Assembly: GCA_036517255.1 (NCBI GenBank)
Contig: DATDXE010000014.1
Location: 9,994-73,993, forward strand
From: Minisyncoccota bacterium
Lineage (GTDB): Bacteria > Patescibacteriota > Minisyncoccia > Phycocordibacterales > WO2-35-19
Length of the DNA: 64,000 bases
Direction of reading: 5' to 3'
How positions within the stretch are numbered: the stretch's first letter is position 1; every line of letters begins with the position of its first letter. The position numbers were made by a program, and so were the translations under genes. Below the pieces are notes generated by a model that was given only the letters and a program-made list of their open reading frames with translations, made no database searches and had not been told where the DNA came from. Shown one piece after another: positions 31,303 to 39,833 of this stretch.

Positions 31303-31860
31303 TTAATTCAATGTTTTATATAGAGGTTTGTCGAAGCTTTTGTGCATTTCGACGAATTCTTTTTTGGCCCTATGGGCGCGTACTCTGGCGGCGGCGCTCG
31401 ATATGCCTAGGAGTTTACCTATTTCTTTGAAAGATTTGCCAAGCATGTAGTGTAAATTTAGTATTTCAGAGGCGCCCCTGTCTATCCTGCCTAGAATAGA
31501 ACGAACATAATTGGTACTCTCTCGCACTTCAGCATCGCTTTCGACAGCGACTACGCTTACGATTTCCTCCGATAGAGGGATTTCCTTTGTGCGCCTCTTC
31601 CTTATTTGGTCGAGGATGCAGTTCTTCAGAATGGCGTTTGACCATTGTTTGAAATTTTTCTTGCCACTTTCGTTTTCGAGAAATTTCTTGCCATGTTTGT
31701 AAACTCGAACGAATGTTTCCTGGACTATGTCATCAGACTCGTCTTTTGAATGAGTCATTTTCCTTGCTATAGCAAGAAAGCGACCACTGTGCCGGTTGAA
31801 TAGCTCGGCGAACTGGGTCGGCTGTTTGTATGAAAGCTCTAATATTTCAAGATCACTCAT
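31303..31860 (-). CDS. ECF sigma-70 factor
   Basis: DDIVQETFVRVY (region 2); SFKEIGKLLGISSAAARVRAHRAK (region 4). Confidence 0.9.
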   Translation of the reverse strand: MSDLEILELSYKQPTQFAELFNRHSGRFLAIARKMTHSKDESDDIVQETFVRVYKHGKKFLENESGKKNFKQWSNAILKNCILDQIRKRRTKEIPLSEEIVSVVAVESDAEVRESTNYVRSILGRIDRGASEILNLHYMLGKSFKEIGKLLGISSAAARVRAHRAKKEFVEMHKSFDKPLYKTLN

Positions 31861-31893
31861 TTAATATAAGCTTTAACTTCTTGCTTGTACTTG

Positions 31894-31967
31894 TATAACT
31901 CGAGCACAAGCTTAAATGTTACATACATAATACTCTTTGTAACTTTTGGTTTCAACTTTGAGTTATA
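31894..31967. promoter_or_regulatory. Pair of divergent ECF-type promoters TGTAAC-N16-GAGTTATA
   Basis: Minus copy 31923-31894 faces the sigma gene; plus copy 31938-31967; identical boxes and spacing. Confidence 0.75.
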
Positions 31968-32000
31968 TAGGCACCGAGGTCGAATTATATATCCATGTGG

Positions 32001-32032
32001 CAAAAGGCACTTTACGAGGTGCCTTTTGTTTT
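32001..32032 (+). terminator. Intrinsic terminator
   Basis: CAAAAGGCAC / GTGCCTTTTG stem followed by T-tract. Confidence 0.7.
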
Positions 32033-32062
32033 GGCTTATTTTATAGTATATTTTTTCTCTAT

Positions 32063-32135
32063 CCGCCCGTAGCTCAGTCGGTAGAGCAGCTCCCTTTTAA
32101 GGAGAGGGTCGCAGGTTCGATTCCTGCCGGGCGGA
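32063..32135 (+). tRNA. tRNA-Lys(TTT)
   Basis: Cloverleaf; CCGCCCG/CGGGCGG acceptor stem, loop CTTTTAA, GTTCGA. Confidence 0.93.
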
Positions 32136-32138
32136 CAA

Positions 32139-32543
32139 TTATAGTGGTAGGTCGAAAGCGAAGGCGCCGGCGCTGGAGAATAGAAGGGAGAGTGTGATAG
32201 CAAGAAGCATTGTGTAAAAGGCAAAATTGCGTTTAAGTAAATTTGGGTCTTTATACTCGATGTAACCTTCGGTCAGAGTGAGGAGTGCTAGAACTAAAGC
32301 GACTAACTGGGTGTAAAGACCGATAAATAGTAGAAGCCCGCCTACTATTTCAACTGTTCCCAAAATTTTTACCCATATGTGTGGGCGTGATATACCAAGA
32401 GACAGAAAAGAATTTACCCATCTTTCCTTCTCATTTTTGAAAGCTAGGCTGCCGAGGTTAACAAAAATAAGGCCTGCTACCAGCCTCAAAATAAAAGGAG
32501 CGAGCATGGAGTAGGTCAGTAGGTCTGGAAATACGTTTAACAT
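32139..32543 (-). CDS. DoxX family membrane protein
   Basis: LRLVAGLIF, EIVGGLLLFIGLYTQ, GAFAFD. Confidence 0.85.
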   Translation of the reverse strand: MLNVFPDLLTYSMLAPFILRLVAGLIFVNLGSLAFKNEKERWVNSFLSLGISRPHIWVKILGTVEIVGGLLLFIGLYTQLVALVLALLTLTEGYIEYKDPNLLKRNFAFYTMLLAITLSLLFSSAGAFAFDLPL

Positions 32544-32560
32544 AAGGCTAGTATAACATT

Positions 32561-33040
32561 ATGAATACTGTTTTGATACTAAATAACATAAGAAGTAATG
32601 AAAATGTGGGCTCTATTTTTAGAACAGCCGATGCGGCAGGAGTGAGTAAAATTTACCTTTGTGGTTACACTCCCGCTCCCATAGATAGGTTTGGCAGAAA
32701 AAACAAAGCTCTTTCAAAATCAGCTTTGGGAGCGGAGGAGTTTGTGGGGTGGGAGAAATTAACTTCCTTAAAGAAGTTAATTCAAAGATTGAAAGAAGAA
32801 AAGATGGAAAGATTAGGGAAACAGAAATTTAAGATAGTTGCTGTGGAGCAAAGTGAATACTCAAAAAATTATAAAAAAATAAAATACCCAAAAAATGTTG
32901 CTTTTGTTTTTGGGAATGAAGTAACAGGCCTTTCTAAAAAAGATTTAGAAATGTGTGATGAAATTGTAGAAATCCCCATGAAAGGGAAGAAGGAGTCTCT
33001 CAATGTAGCCGTAGCAGTGGGGATAGTTTTGTTTAGATAA
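32561..33040 (+). CDS. TrmH/SpoU family RNA methyltransferase
   Basis: NVGSIFRTAD, FGNEVTG, ESLNVAVA. Confidence 0.92.
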   Translation: MNTVLILNNIRSNENVGSIFRTADAAGVSKIYLCGYTPAPIDRFGRKNKALSKSALGAEEFVGWEKLTSLKKLIQRLKEEKMERLGKQKFKIVAVEQSEYSKNYKKIKYPKNVAFVFGNEVTGLSKKDLEMCDEIVEIPMKGKKESLNVAVAVGIVLFR

Positions 33041-33183
33041 TTCACCCCACCCTTTAAAATAAGGAGTTTATGGCATAAGTTTGCTTTTTGGGTTAAAATA
33101 TGATATGATTAGATGTAGATTGCAGAAAATGCCAAGAGGCAAATTTGCAATGATCTCACACAAAAAGGAGCTGTAAAAACGGT

Positions 33184-33861
33184 ATGACCGAACAACAGAC
33201 ACCGAAACTAATGGGGGTTCTCGTCGAGCACCAAGACGCATTCTCCCCGCTACCGATCGAAGACGCCCAATGGGTGATTCGGAATCCCAAAGAAGCAATC
33301 TCACTCTTCTTGATTGCGGTGAAAAACCGAGTACGAGAAGCGGCGACTACGATCAAAAACATTCTCTCTCCAGTCAAAAAGATCACCATCGCGGCGACGG
33401 CGGAGAAGAGGACGGAGGAGTGTTTCGCGGACAGCAAGAAGTACTACCGCGACCCCAGCGTTCTCTCGTTGCTTCCGGAATTTCAGCCAGCACGGGGGGT
33501 CGAGCAAGGGCAAGTGAGTCAGCTCAACGAGAGATCCAAGTTTTTGGGGATGGTGCAGAGTCTCCTCGGTGTAATGGAAGACGGTATCGCCGTTCTCTCA
33601 CGGCTCATCATTGAGTCTTTCCACATCTATACCTTGACCCAAATCGAGCAGCTCGTCGAGCGGCAAGAGGCAGGTGAGGATGTAGGCCTTCTCACGAACG
33701 GCTGGGGCAACTTCTTTCTGGTGCTGAATCGGGAAGGTAGCGTCTCGGTCGTCGATGTCATTCGGGCTGGCAGTCAGTGGCTCTTCTTCGCTTACGTCCT
33801 CGGCTTCGTCCGCGTCTGGTCTGTCGGGCGCCGCTTCTTCTCTCGCAACAAGACCCTGTGA
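33184..33861 (+). CDS. DGR1 target protein with C-terminal variable region
   Basis: 3' end matches TR1; AAGGAG SD upstream. Confidence 0.92.
   Translation: MTEQQTPKLMGVLVEHQDAFSPLPIEDAQWVIRNPKEAISLFLIAVKNRVREAATTIKNILSPVKKITIAATAEKRTEECFADSKKYYRDPSVLSLLPEFQPARGVEQGQVSQLNERSKFLGMVQSLLGVMEDGIAVLSRLIIESFHIYTLTQIEQLVERQEAGEDVGLLTNGWGNFFLVLNREGSVSVVDVIRAGSQWLFFAYVLGFVRVWSVGRRFFSRNKTL
33739..33849 (+). repeat. DGR1 variable region (VR1)
   Basis: 111 bp; 20 mismatches to TR1, all at TR adenines. Confidence 0.96.
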
Positions 33862-33894
33862 TCCTTTGAATCTTTTTGGACACTTGGTCTTACT

Positions 33895-33922
33895 TCCCCA
33901 GTCTGTTTCGGCAGGCTGGGGA
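33895..33922. other. Hairpin downstream of VR1 (target-recognition hairpin or terminator)
   Basis: TCCCCAGTCTGT-TTCG-GCAGGCTGGGGA. Confidence 0.7.
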
Positions 33923-34115
33923 TTTCATTTATAATAAATAAGAATACGCTGGCATCTTTGGGTTATTCTAAAGGTGGCGATTCAAAGCCAACAATTTTTG
34001 TCGGCTTCAAAAAATAAATAGTTGGTGCACTCCTTCAAGAAGTTAAAAACTTCAAAGGCGAAATCAACTCAGAGAGAATTCAATGAGTGGTGACTATAGA
34101 AGGTGGGGTGTACAA

Positions 34116-34226
34116 AGCGTCTCGGTCGTCAATGTCAATCGGAATGACAGTCAGTGGAACTTCTACGCTTACGACCTCGGCAACGACAACGTCTGGAATG
34201 TCGAGAACCGCTTCTTCTCTCGAAAC
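34116..34226 (+). repeat. DGR1 template region (TR1)
   Basis: AAY-rich 111-bp copy of VR1. Confidence 0.96.
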
Positions 34227-34619
34227 TATCTGTTTTCCCCAAAGGAATTAACTCCTGAGGGGTTTTTCTTTTCTAAATATTCTTTCCAACCAGAGAGCAT
34301 TTTGCCTGCATCTACCAGTACTGGAGAAATTCTTACATATTTTTTGTCTACAAGTATTTTACATTCCCACATGAGGAGAAGGAAAAACTTGGCCAAATCA
34401 TTTTTTATCATAGCCTCTGATACCAGTTCAATTTTTCGAATTCCTTTGCTGTAGGCGGCTCTAAAAGTAAGATCGAGAGTTTCTAAAAGAAGTCTGTCTA
34501 TTTTTACCCCTATCGTTTGCCTGTGGCTTTTAGAAATGTGAGGAAGTATCTCCTGCCAGACCTTATACCCAAGTTTTAAACACTCTAGCACTGGCAAAGA
34601 GCTGCGGGGGGGGTAGCAT
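34226..34619 (-). CDS. avd: Avd-like four-helix-bundle accessory protein, antisense to TR/RT; in-frame part 34226-34597, upstream ATG 34619 out of frame across a C8 tract
   Basis: RQTIGVKID and GKMLSGWK motifs; located between TR and RT. Confidence 0.85.
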
Positions 34620-34626
34620 TTGAGGA

Positions 34627-35640
34627 ATGAAAATTCAGCTTGCTCACAGTTATGATGATATCATTTCAATCAAAAATTTACTCGAAGCTTGGGAAGAATT
34701 TATACCGGGGAAAAGAAATAAAGAAGATGTGGCTAAGTTTGCTCTCGACTTGATGGATAATATTGTTTCCCTGCATAAGGATTTGGAGAGCAAAAAATAT
34801 AGACATGGTGCCTATACTGCTTTCAATATATCTGATCCAAAACCTAGGAATATTCACAAAGCTAATGTGAGAGATAGGCTATTGCATCGCGCTTTGTACA
34901 GAATCCTTTACCCTCATTTTGACAAAACTTTTTATTCAGAATCATATTCGTGCCGAGTAAATAAAGGTACTCACAAAGCGATGAATAAGTTTAGGAAATT
35001 TGCCAAGAAAGAATCTTTGAATCACTCAAAAACTCTATGGATATTAAAATGTGATATAAGAAAATTTTTTGCTTCCATTGACCACAATATTTTGTGTAAA
35101 ATTGTCGAAAAATACATACCCGATCAAAATATAAACTGGCTACTTACTGAAATTATTGAGAGTTTCCATTCTACTCAAAGAGGTTTCGGCTTACCTTTGG
35201 GTAATGTAACTTCACAGGTATTGGTGAATATTTATATGAATGAATTTGATACTTGGGTAAAACATGTAATGAAAATAAAATATTATATTAGGTATGCGGA
35301 TGATTTTCTGATTTTAAATAAAGATAAAGATTATTTACTCGAGCTTATTCCAAAAATTGCAGATTTTCTGGAAGAAAATTTAAAACTTTCTCTACATCCC
35401 CAAAAGGTTTCTATTCAAACTTTTGCCTCAGGGACTGACTTTCTAGGTTGGGTAAATTTTGTTGATCACAAAGTGTTGCGCACAAGTACAAAAAGAAGAT
35501 TACTCAAAGCTTTATCACAGAGTGAAAATATAAATGTCTTACAATCTTACAGTAGCCTTTTGAAACATGGGAATCAATTTAGGCTTAAAAGTAAGATAAA
35601 TGAAAAAATTGAGATTTTAAGAGGGGGAGTTAATAATTAA
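34627..35640 (+). CDS. DGR reverse transcriptase
   Basis: KPRNIH, RDRLLH, KCDIRKFF, GLPLGNVTSQ, YIRYADDF, DFLG. Confidence 0.96.
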   Translation: MKIQLAHSYDDIISIKNLLEAWEEFIPGKRNKEDVAKFALDLMDNIVSLHKDLESKKYRHGAYTAFNISDPKPRNIHKANVRDRLLHRALYRILYPHFDKTFYSESYSCRVNKGTHKAMNKFRKFAKKESLNHSKTLWILKCDIRKFFASIDHNILCKIVEKYIPDQNINWLLTEIIESFHSTQRGFGLPLGNVTSQVLVNIYMNEFDTWVKHVMKIKYYIRYADDFLILNKDKDYLLELIPKIADFLEENLKLSLHPQKVSIQTFASGTDFLGWVNFVDHKVLRTSTKRRLLKALSQSENINVLQSYSSLLKHGNQFRLKSKINEKIEILRGGVNN

Positions 35641-36559
35641 TTTTGACTTCGGAGATGAGGAGACCTTCGCGATCGCGGAGCTGGATAGTTTCTCTTTTGT
35701 TCCGCCAGAGCGGGCCGAAGCGTTCGAGGTATATGTACCACTCTCTGCCGGCAAAATCGGAATCGTACTTATAATTTGCAACGCAGGAATTGTAATTTAT
35801 TTTAGTTTCTAAATATATTCTGCAACCTGAAGGTAGGGGAGGCTCTATTTTGTTTAAGTTTCTAGGCTCGGTGCAAACTTGAAGGCGGTCAATGTAGTCG
35901 AGGCAACGGTCGTTCTCGTCCATGTCGCTGGAGAATGTCGGTAAATCGACATCGTCAGCGCTTGGACACTGTCTTCCTATGTATGGATAGAAAGTCCTAT
36001 CTTGAGCAAAGTAACCAGTGCATTTGTTTGTTCTGAAAGAAGTATTGATAGGAGAAAAACCTTTGATGATGTAAATACTCTCACCTTGCTTCACTACTAT
36101 GTTTTCAGTGCCTTTAATGTAAGGAAATGGCAGAGTCGAAGCTTTGCCGATAACGGCGGTATTGTTAGTCACAGTGCTTTTGAAATACCAACCAGTGATG
36201 TCGACATACTCATTCTTTTGTAGGTTGTTATTCAGAGTAAAATATTCTTTGCTTGGATCGGGATCGCCAAGGCCGGCAGGGGAGTAAAGATAAAATTTGC
36301 CATAGTATGGTGACCTATTTAATTCACCCACCTTCTTTTCTATCTCCTCTACTGTTTTTTCAGCATTTTGGATTTGCTCGATTGCAGTAGAAGCTTCTTT
36401 TTCTTCCTCATAATTTTGAGGGCTGTTATTTATAGAAGAAGTGCCAAAAAAACTGCCGCCTCCTGATCCAGAATAACTACCTTTAAAATTATCCCAGCCC
36501 AAACCCATGATAATTACTATGGCAACTATGATCACTATTCCATCCTTGTTTCCTTTCAT
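35630..36559 (-). CDS. Membrane-anchored Cys-rich exported protein (lamin-tail-like)
   Basis: N-terminal TM; VDITGWYF; LWRNKRETIQLRD. Confidence 0.6.
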   Translation of the reverse strand: MKGNKDGIVIIVAIVIIMGLGWDNFKGSYSGSGGGSFFGTSSINNSPQNYEEEKEASTAIEQIQNAEKTVEEIEKKVGELNRSPYYGKFYLYSPAGLGDPDPSKEYFTLNNNLQKNEYVDITGWYFKSTVTNNTAVIGKASTLPFPYIKGTENIVVKQGESIYIIKGFSPINTSFRTNKCTGYFAQDRTFYPYIGRQCPSADDVDLPTFSSDMDENDRCLDYIDRLQVCTEPRNLNKIEPPLPSGCRIYLETKINYNSCVANYKYDSDFAGREWYIYLERFGPLWRNKRETIQLRDREGLLISEVKINY

Positions 36560-36576
36560 TTAATTTATCTTTTTTA

Positions 36577-37443
36577 TCAAAATTTTATTTGATGCTTGGG
36601 GCAAAAGTGGGCGCTTCGGCCCTTGACCACTAACCTCTCTATTATAGCTCCTTTTTTATTTCGACATCCTGGTTTTGGGCATTGTTCTTTTCTTTTACCA
36701 TAAACTTTGTGAAAATTTTGAAAGTTGCCCTTCTTGCCGAAAGCGTTGAGATAATCGGATTTGGAGTCGCCGCCGTGTTTGATGGAGAAACGCAGAATTT
36801 TCTGCATCACTTTAAACATTTCTCCGAATTTATTTTTAGGGATTTTGCCGGTATGAGAGAGGGGGTGTATACCTATTTCCCAAAGTATTTCGTCGGAATA
36901 AATATTGCCTATACCGGCTAATACGGTTTGGTCGAGCAAAGCTGATTTGATCGGCCAACTTTTCCTTTTTTGAAGTTGAGTAAGAAGTTTTTCTGCACTG
37001 AAACTTTTTGAGAGTGGTTCGGGTCCCAATTTACCTACCGTCTCATGTTTCTCTAACCCTTCTGTTTTACAGAAAGTGACAGAGGCGAACTTTCGCATGT
37101 CGGAGAGGACTAGATTTTGGGAATTTTTAAGTTTGAAAATAAGATGCACAAATTTATCTTTTACTCCGTACATCAGATGCCCCGTCATTTTCATATGCAC
37201 TATGAAGGTATAGTCGTTGCTTAAGTGAACTAAAATATTTTTACCTCGCCTCTCCACTGATTTTATTTTTGCCCCTTTTACTAATTTCCTAAATTTCTCA
37301 AAATATTTTTTGTTTTTTATGGTCTGCCTCTTGCCATGACTCGTGCCCACATGAAAATCGGACCATACGTCCGTAATGGTTTTGCCTACTATCACTCCTT
37401 TCAAACCTTCTACCGTCGTATGTACTTCAGGCAGTTCTGGCAT
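36577..37443 (-). CDS. mutM: Formamidopyrimidine-DNA glycosylase
   Basis: MPELPEV, RRGK, HMKMTG, GIGNIYSDE, C-terminal Zn finger. Confidence 0.96.
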   Translation of the reverse strand: MPELPEVHTTVEGLKGVIVGKTITDVWSDFHVGTSHGKRQTIKNKKYFEKFRKLVKGAKIKSVERRGKNILVHLSNDYTFIVHMKMTGHLMYGVKDKFVHLIFKLKNSQNLVLSDMRKFASVTFCKTEGLEKHETVGKLGPEPLSKSFSAEKLLTQLQKRKSWPIKSALLDQTVLAGIGNIYSDEILWEIGIHPLSHTGKIPKNKFGEMFKVMQKILRFSIKHGGDSKSDYLNAFGKKGNFQNFHKVYGKRKEQCPKPGCRNKKGAIIERLVVKGRSAHFCPKHQIKF

Positions 37444-37452
37444 ACTTTTTCT

Positions 37453-38832
37453 TTATAATTTCAATACTTTTTGGAGTTCTTCTCTTGCGACTGTCGCATC
37501 GTCCCAAGGTTCTTTGGTGCCATTAGGGCCGCAGATGTACGGGTCGGTGCCTTTGCCAGTAATGAGGACGGCTACTTTAATTTCTTTATTTAATTTAGTT
37601 TTGGCAAGAGCAGATTTGATGGCGGTACGGATGGCTTTCCTTCTGTCCATAATTATTTCTGGTTTATTCTTAAGCACGCCTTTCTTCATATCTTCCAGGA
37701 TTTGTTTCGGATCCTCATCGTAAGGATCCTCATTTGTGAGAATTATTTCACTGCAATAATCGTCGGCGATTTTAGCCATCATAGGCCTCTTCCATTTATC
37801 CCTACCTCCCCCAGTGTTGCCTAGAACCGCGATAATATAAGTTTCTTTGTATGTTTCGTATACCGCCTTTAGTGAATCGGGAGTGTGAGCGTAGTCGACT
37901 ACTACATCGAATCCGCCATCCGCCAGCTGGCGGAGCGGATTGACCGCTAATTCTATTTTTTCCATCCTGCCTCTTACCGTGTGTACGTTTTCAAGGCCTT
38001 TTTTTATGGCTTCCTCGCTTATGCCTAGGAATTTGGCACATGCTATGGCGCCGAGCATGTTGTAGACGTTGAACTCGCCCGGAAGACTTGAATGAATAAC
38101 CGTTTTGTCGATTTGGAAAGAAGAACCGCTATCGCTTGTGTGCATATTGAAAGCATCGGAGAGGGAATAGGTGATTTTGTTCTTCACCTTTAAATTTAAA
38201 AACCTTTCTGCTTCTTTATCGTCTTTGTTGATTATAAGGGCTGGATAAGCAGAAAAAGTTTCTTTAAAAAGTCCTCGGTTCTCCGAGCTAGAGCTCGGCC
38301 AGACTTTTTCTATAAACTTTTTCTGCTTACCTGCCTCCAGTTCGCGGGCGATAGAAAGCTTGGCTTCGACATATTTTTCGTAAGAGCCGTGGGATTCTAT
38401 ATGCTCGGGAGCCAGGTTGGTAAAAATGAGAGCATCGACGTCAATAAATTTGTGGCGGAACTGCTTGGCTCCTTCGCTTGTCAGCTCGAGGACGGCATGG
38501 CTGCAACCGGCTTTCACGGCATCGGAGAGGAAATTTTGCATAAAAAATCTGCCTGGCATGGACATTTTGTACATGTTGCGACTTTCTTTTTCTCCAATTT
38601 TAAAGCGCACTGTGTTTTGGAGAGCAGTTTTGTAACCAGCACTTTCTAAAATAGAATTGATGAGCTCGGTCGTGGTGGACTTACCTTTGGTGCCTGTCAC
38701 CCCTACTACTATAAGTTTGCGAGAAGGGAAGGAGTAAAGTAGAGCGCCCACGAGAGCAAGGAGGTAGTGGTAGGTAGGCTGAAAGAATTCGAATATTTGC
38801 CTTGGTATTATTTTTTTAAGTATTCCTAACAT
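37453..38832 (-). CDS. murE: Mur ligase, MurE-like
   Basis: GVTGTKGKST, TNLAPEH, VDYAHTPD, EDPYDEDP, GKG. Confidence 0.85.
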   Translation of the reverse strand: MLGILKKIIPRQIFEFFQPTYHYLLALVGALLYSFPSRKLIVVGVTGTKGKSTTTELINSILESAGYKTALQNTVRFKIGEKESRNMYKMSMPGRFFMQNFLSDAVKAGCSHAVLELTSEGAKQFRHKFIDVDALIFTNLAPEHIESHGSYEKYVEAKLSIARELEAGKQKKFIEKVWPSSSSENRGLFKETFSAYPALIINKDDKEAERFLNLKVKNKITYSLSDAFNMHTSDSGSSFQIDKTVIHSSLPGEFNVYNMLGAIACAKFLGISEEAIKKGLENVHTVRGRMEKIELAVNPLRQLADGGFDVVVDYAHTPDSLKAVYETYKETYIIAVLGNTGGGRDKWKRPMMAKIADDYCSEIILTNEDPYDEDPKQILEDMKKGVLKNKPEIIMDRRKAIRTAIKSALAKTKLNKEIKVAVLITGKGTDPYICGPNGTKEPWDDATVAREELQKVLKL

Positions 38833-38852
38833 AAATTCAATTAGAAATTAGT

Positions 38853-39419
38853 TTAATTTTTCCCTAACATCTTCAAAGCTCCTTTTATTTTCTCATTAGC
38901 ACCGGAAAGATTTTGAGGCAAATTTTTAATCACATCTTTCACTTCATGCTCTCGATAACCTAGCGCGCGTAGAGCTTCGAAGACATCGAGATCGTCCTTC
39001 AAGCCCTCGCTCATTTCGTGAGTGGCTACTTTACCAGAAAGTTCGAGGACTAGCTTGTCAGCAGTTTTCTTGCCCACACCTGAAATTTTGGTCAGGATGG
39101 AAGTGTTGCCTGAAATTATGGCGTCTTCAATATTTTTCAGGCCGGCTACTGAAAGGAGAGCTAGAGCTGATTTGGGGCCGATGCCGGAAACGGAAATCAA
39201 TTTTTCAAACATAATGAGTTCTTCTTCGGTTTCAAACCCGTAAAGTGAAATATCATTTTCCCTCACCGCTGTATGGGTCCAAAAGTTTGTCTCTTTTCCT
39301 ACCTTTTGTTTGCCGAGTGTATTTATGGTCGAGTGAATAATGAAACCCACACCTCCTACCGAAACCAACACTCTTTGAGGAGAAGCATCTATAACTTTGC
39401 CAGTAATGAAGCCAATCAT
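38853..39419 (-). CDS. ruvA: Holliday junction DNA-binding protein RuvA
   Basis: LYGF, VSGIGPKSAL, GVGKKTA, ALRALGY. Confidence 0.95.
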   Translation of the reverse strand: MIGFITGKVIDASPQRVLVSVGGVGFIIHSTINTLGKQKVGKETNFWTHTAVRENDISLYGFETEEELIMFEKLISVSGIGPKSALALLSVAGLKNIEDAIISGNTSILTKISGVGKKTADKLVLELSGKVATHEMSEGLKDDLDVFEALRALGYREHEVKDVIKNLPQNLSGANEKIKGALKMLGKN

Positions 39420-39575
39420 GGCATTAATATACCAGAAACTATGGCTGTTTGCTTTGTTTTAGTTGTTCTGTTATTATTGATGAATTAATGGAGTTCAGAC
39501 TGATTTTTCTTTAAGTTATGAGAAAAATCAGTCTGGCGATTTTTATAGTCGTTCCACTCCTTAAAAATCAGCCAT

Positions 39576-39833
39576 ATGCCTATAACAAAAGGAGCCAAAA
39601 AAGCACTCAGAGCTTCGAAAAAGAAGCGGGTTTTTAATTTGAAAAGAAAGAATGAAATGCAGTCGGTCATCAAAGAGTATAAAAAATTAGTCTCTGAAAA
39701 AAAGAATGACGAGGCTAAGAAACTTTTACCCGCACTCCAAAAAGCAATCGATAAAGCCAAAAAGAAGGGAATCATCAAAGGTAACAACGCTAGCCGCAAG
39801 AAGAGCCGGCTGATGAAGAAACTGAAAGTCTAA
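39576..39833 (+). CDS. rpsT: 30S ribosomal protein S20
   Basis: MPITKGAKKALR, IDKAKKKGIIKGNNASRKKSRL. Confidence 0.95.
   Translation: MPITKGAKKALRASKKKRVFNLKRKNEMQSVIKEYKKLVSEKKNDEAKKLLPALQKAIDKAKKKGIIKGNNASRKKSRLMKKLKV

Larger units (their letters stand above)
33101..35640 (+). mobile_element. Diversity-generating retroelement DGR1
   Basis: Target with VR, TR with A-only mismatches, Avd-like gene and DGR-type RT. Confidence 0.95.

Noticed and set aside
34083-34454. 123-aa plus-strand ORF through TR1
   Set aside because: By-product of the stop-free TR and the avd antisense strand; it ends before the RT, so there is no TR-RT fusion.
34627-35640. RTs as group II intron or retron enzymes
   Set aside because: No maturase domain or VTG motif; the GxxxSQ motif and adjacent TR/VR pairs identify them as DGR RTs.
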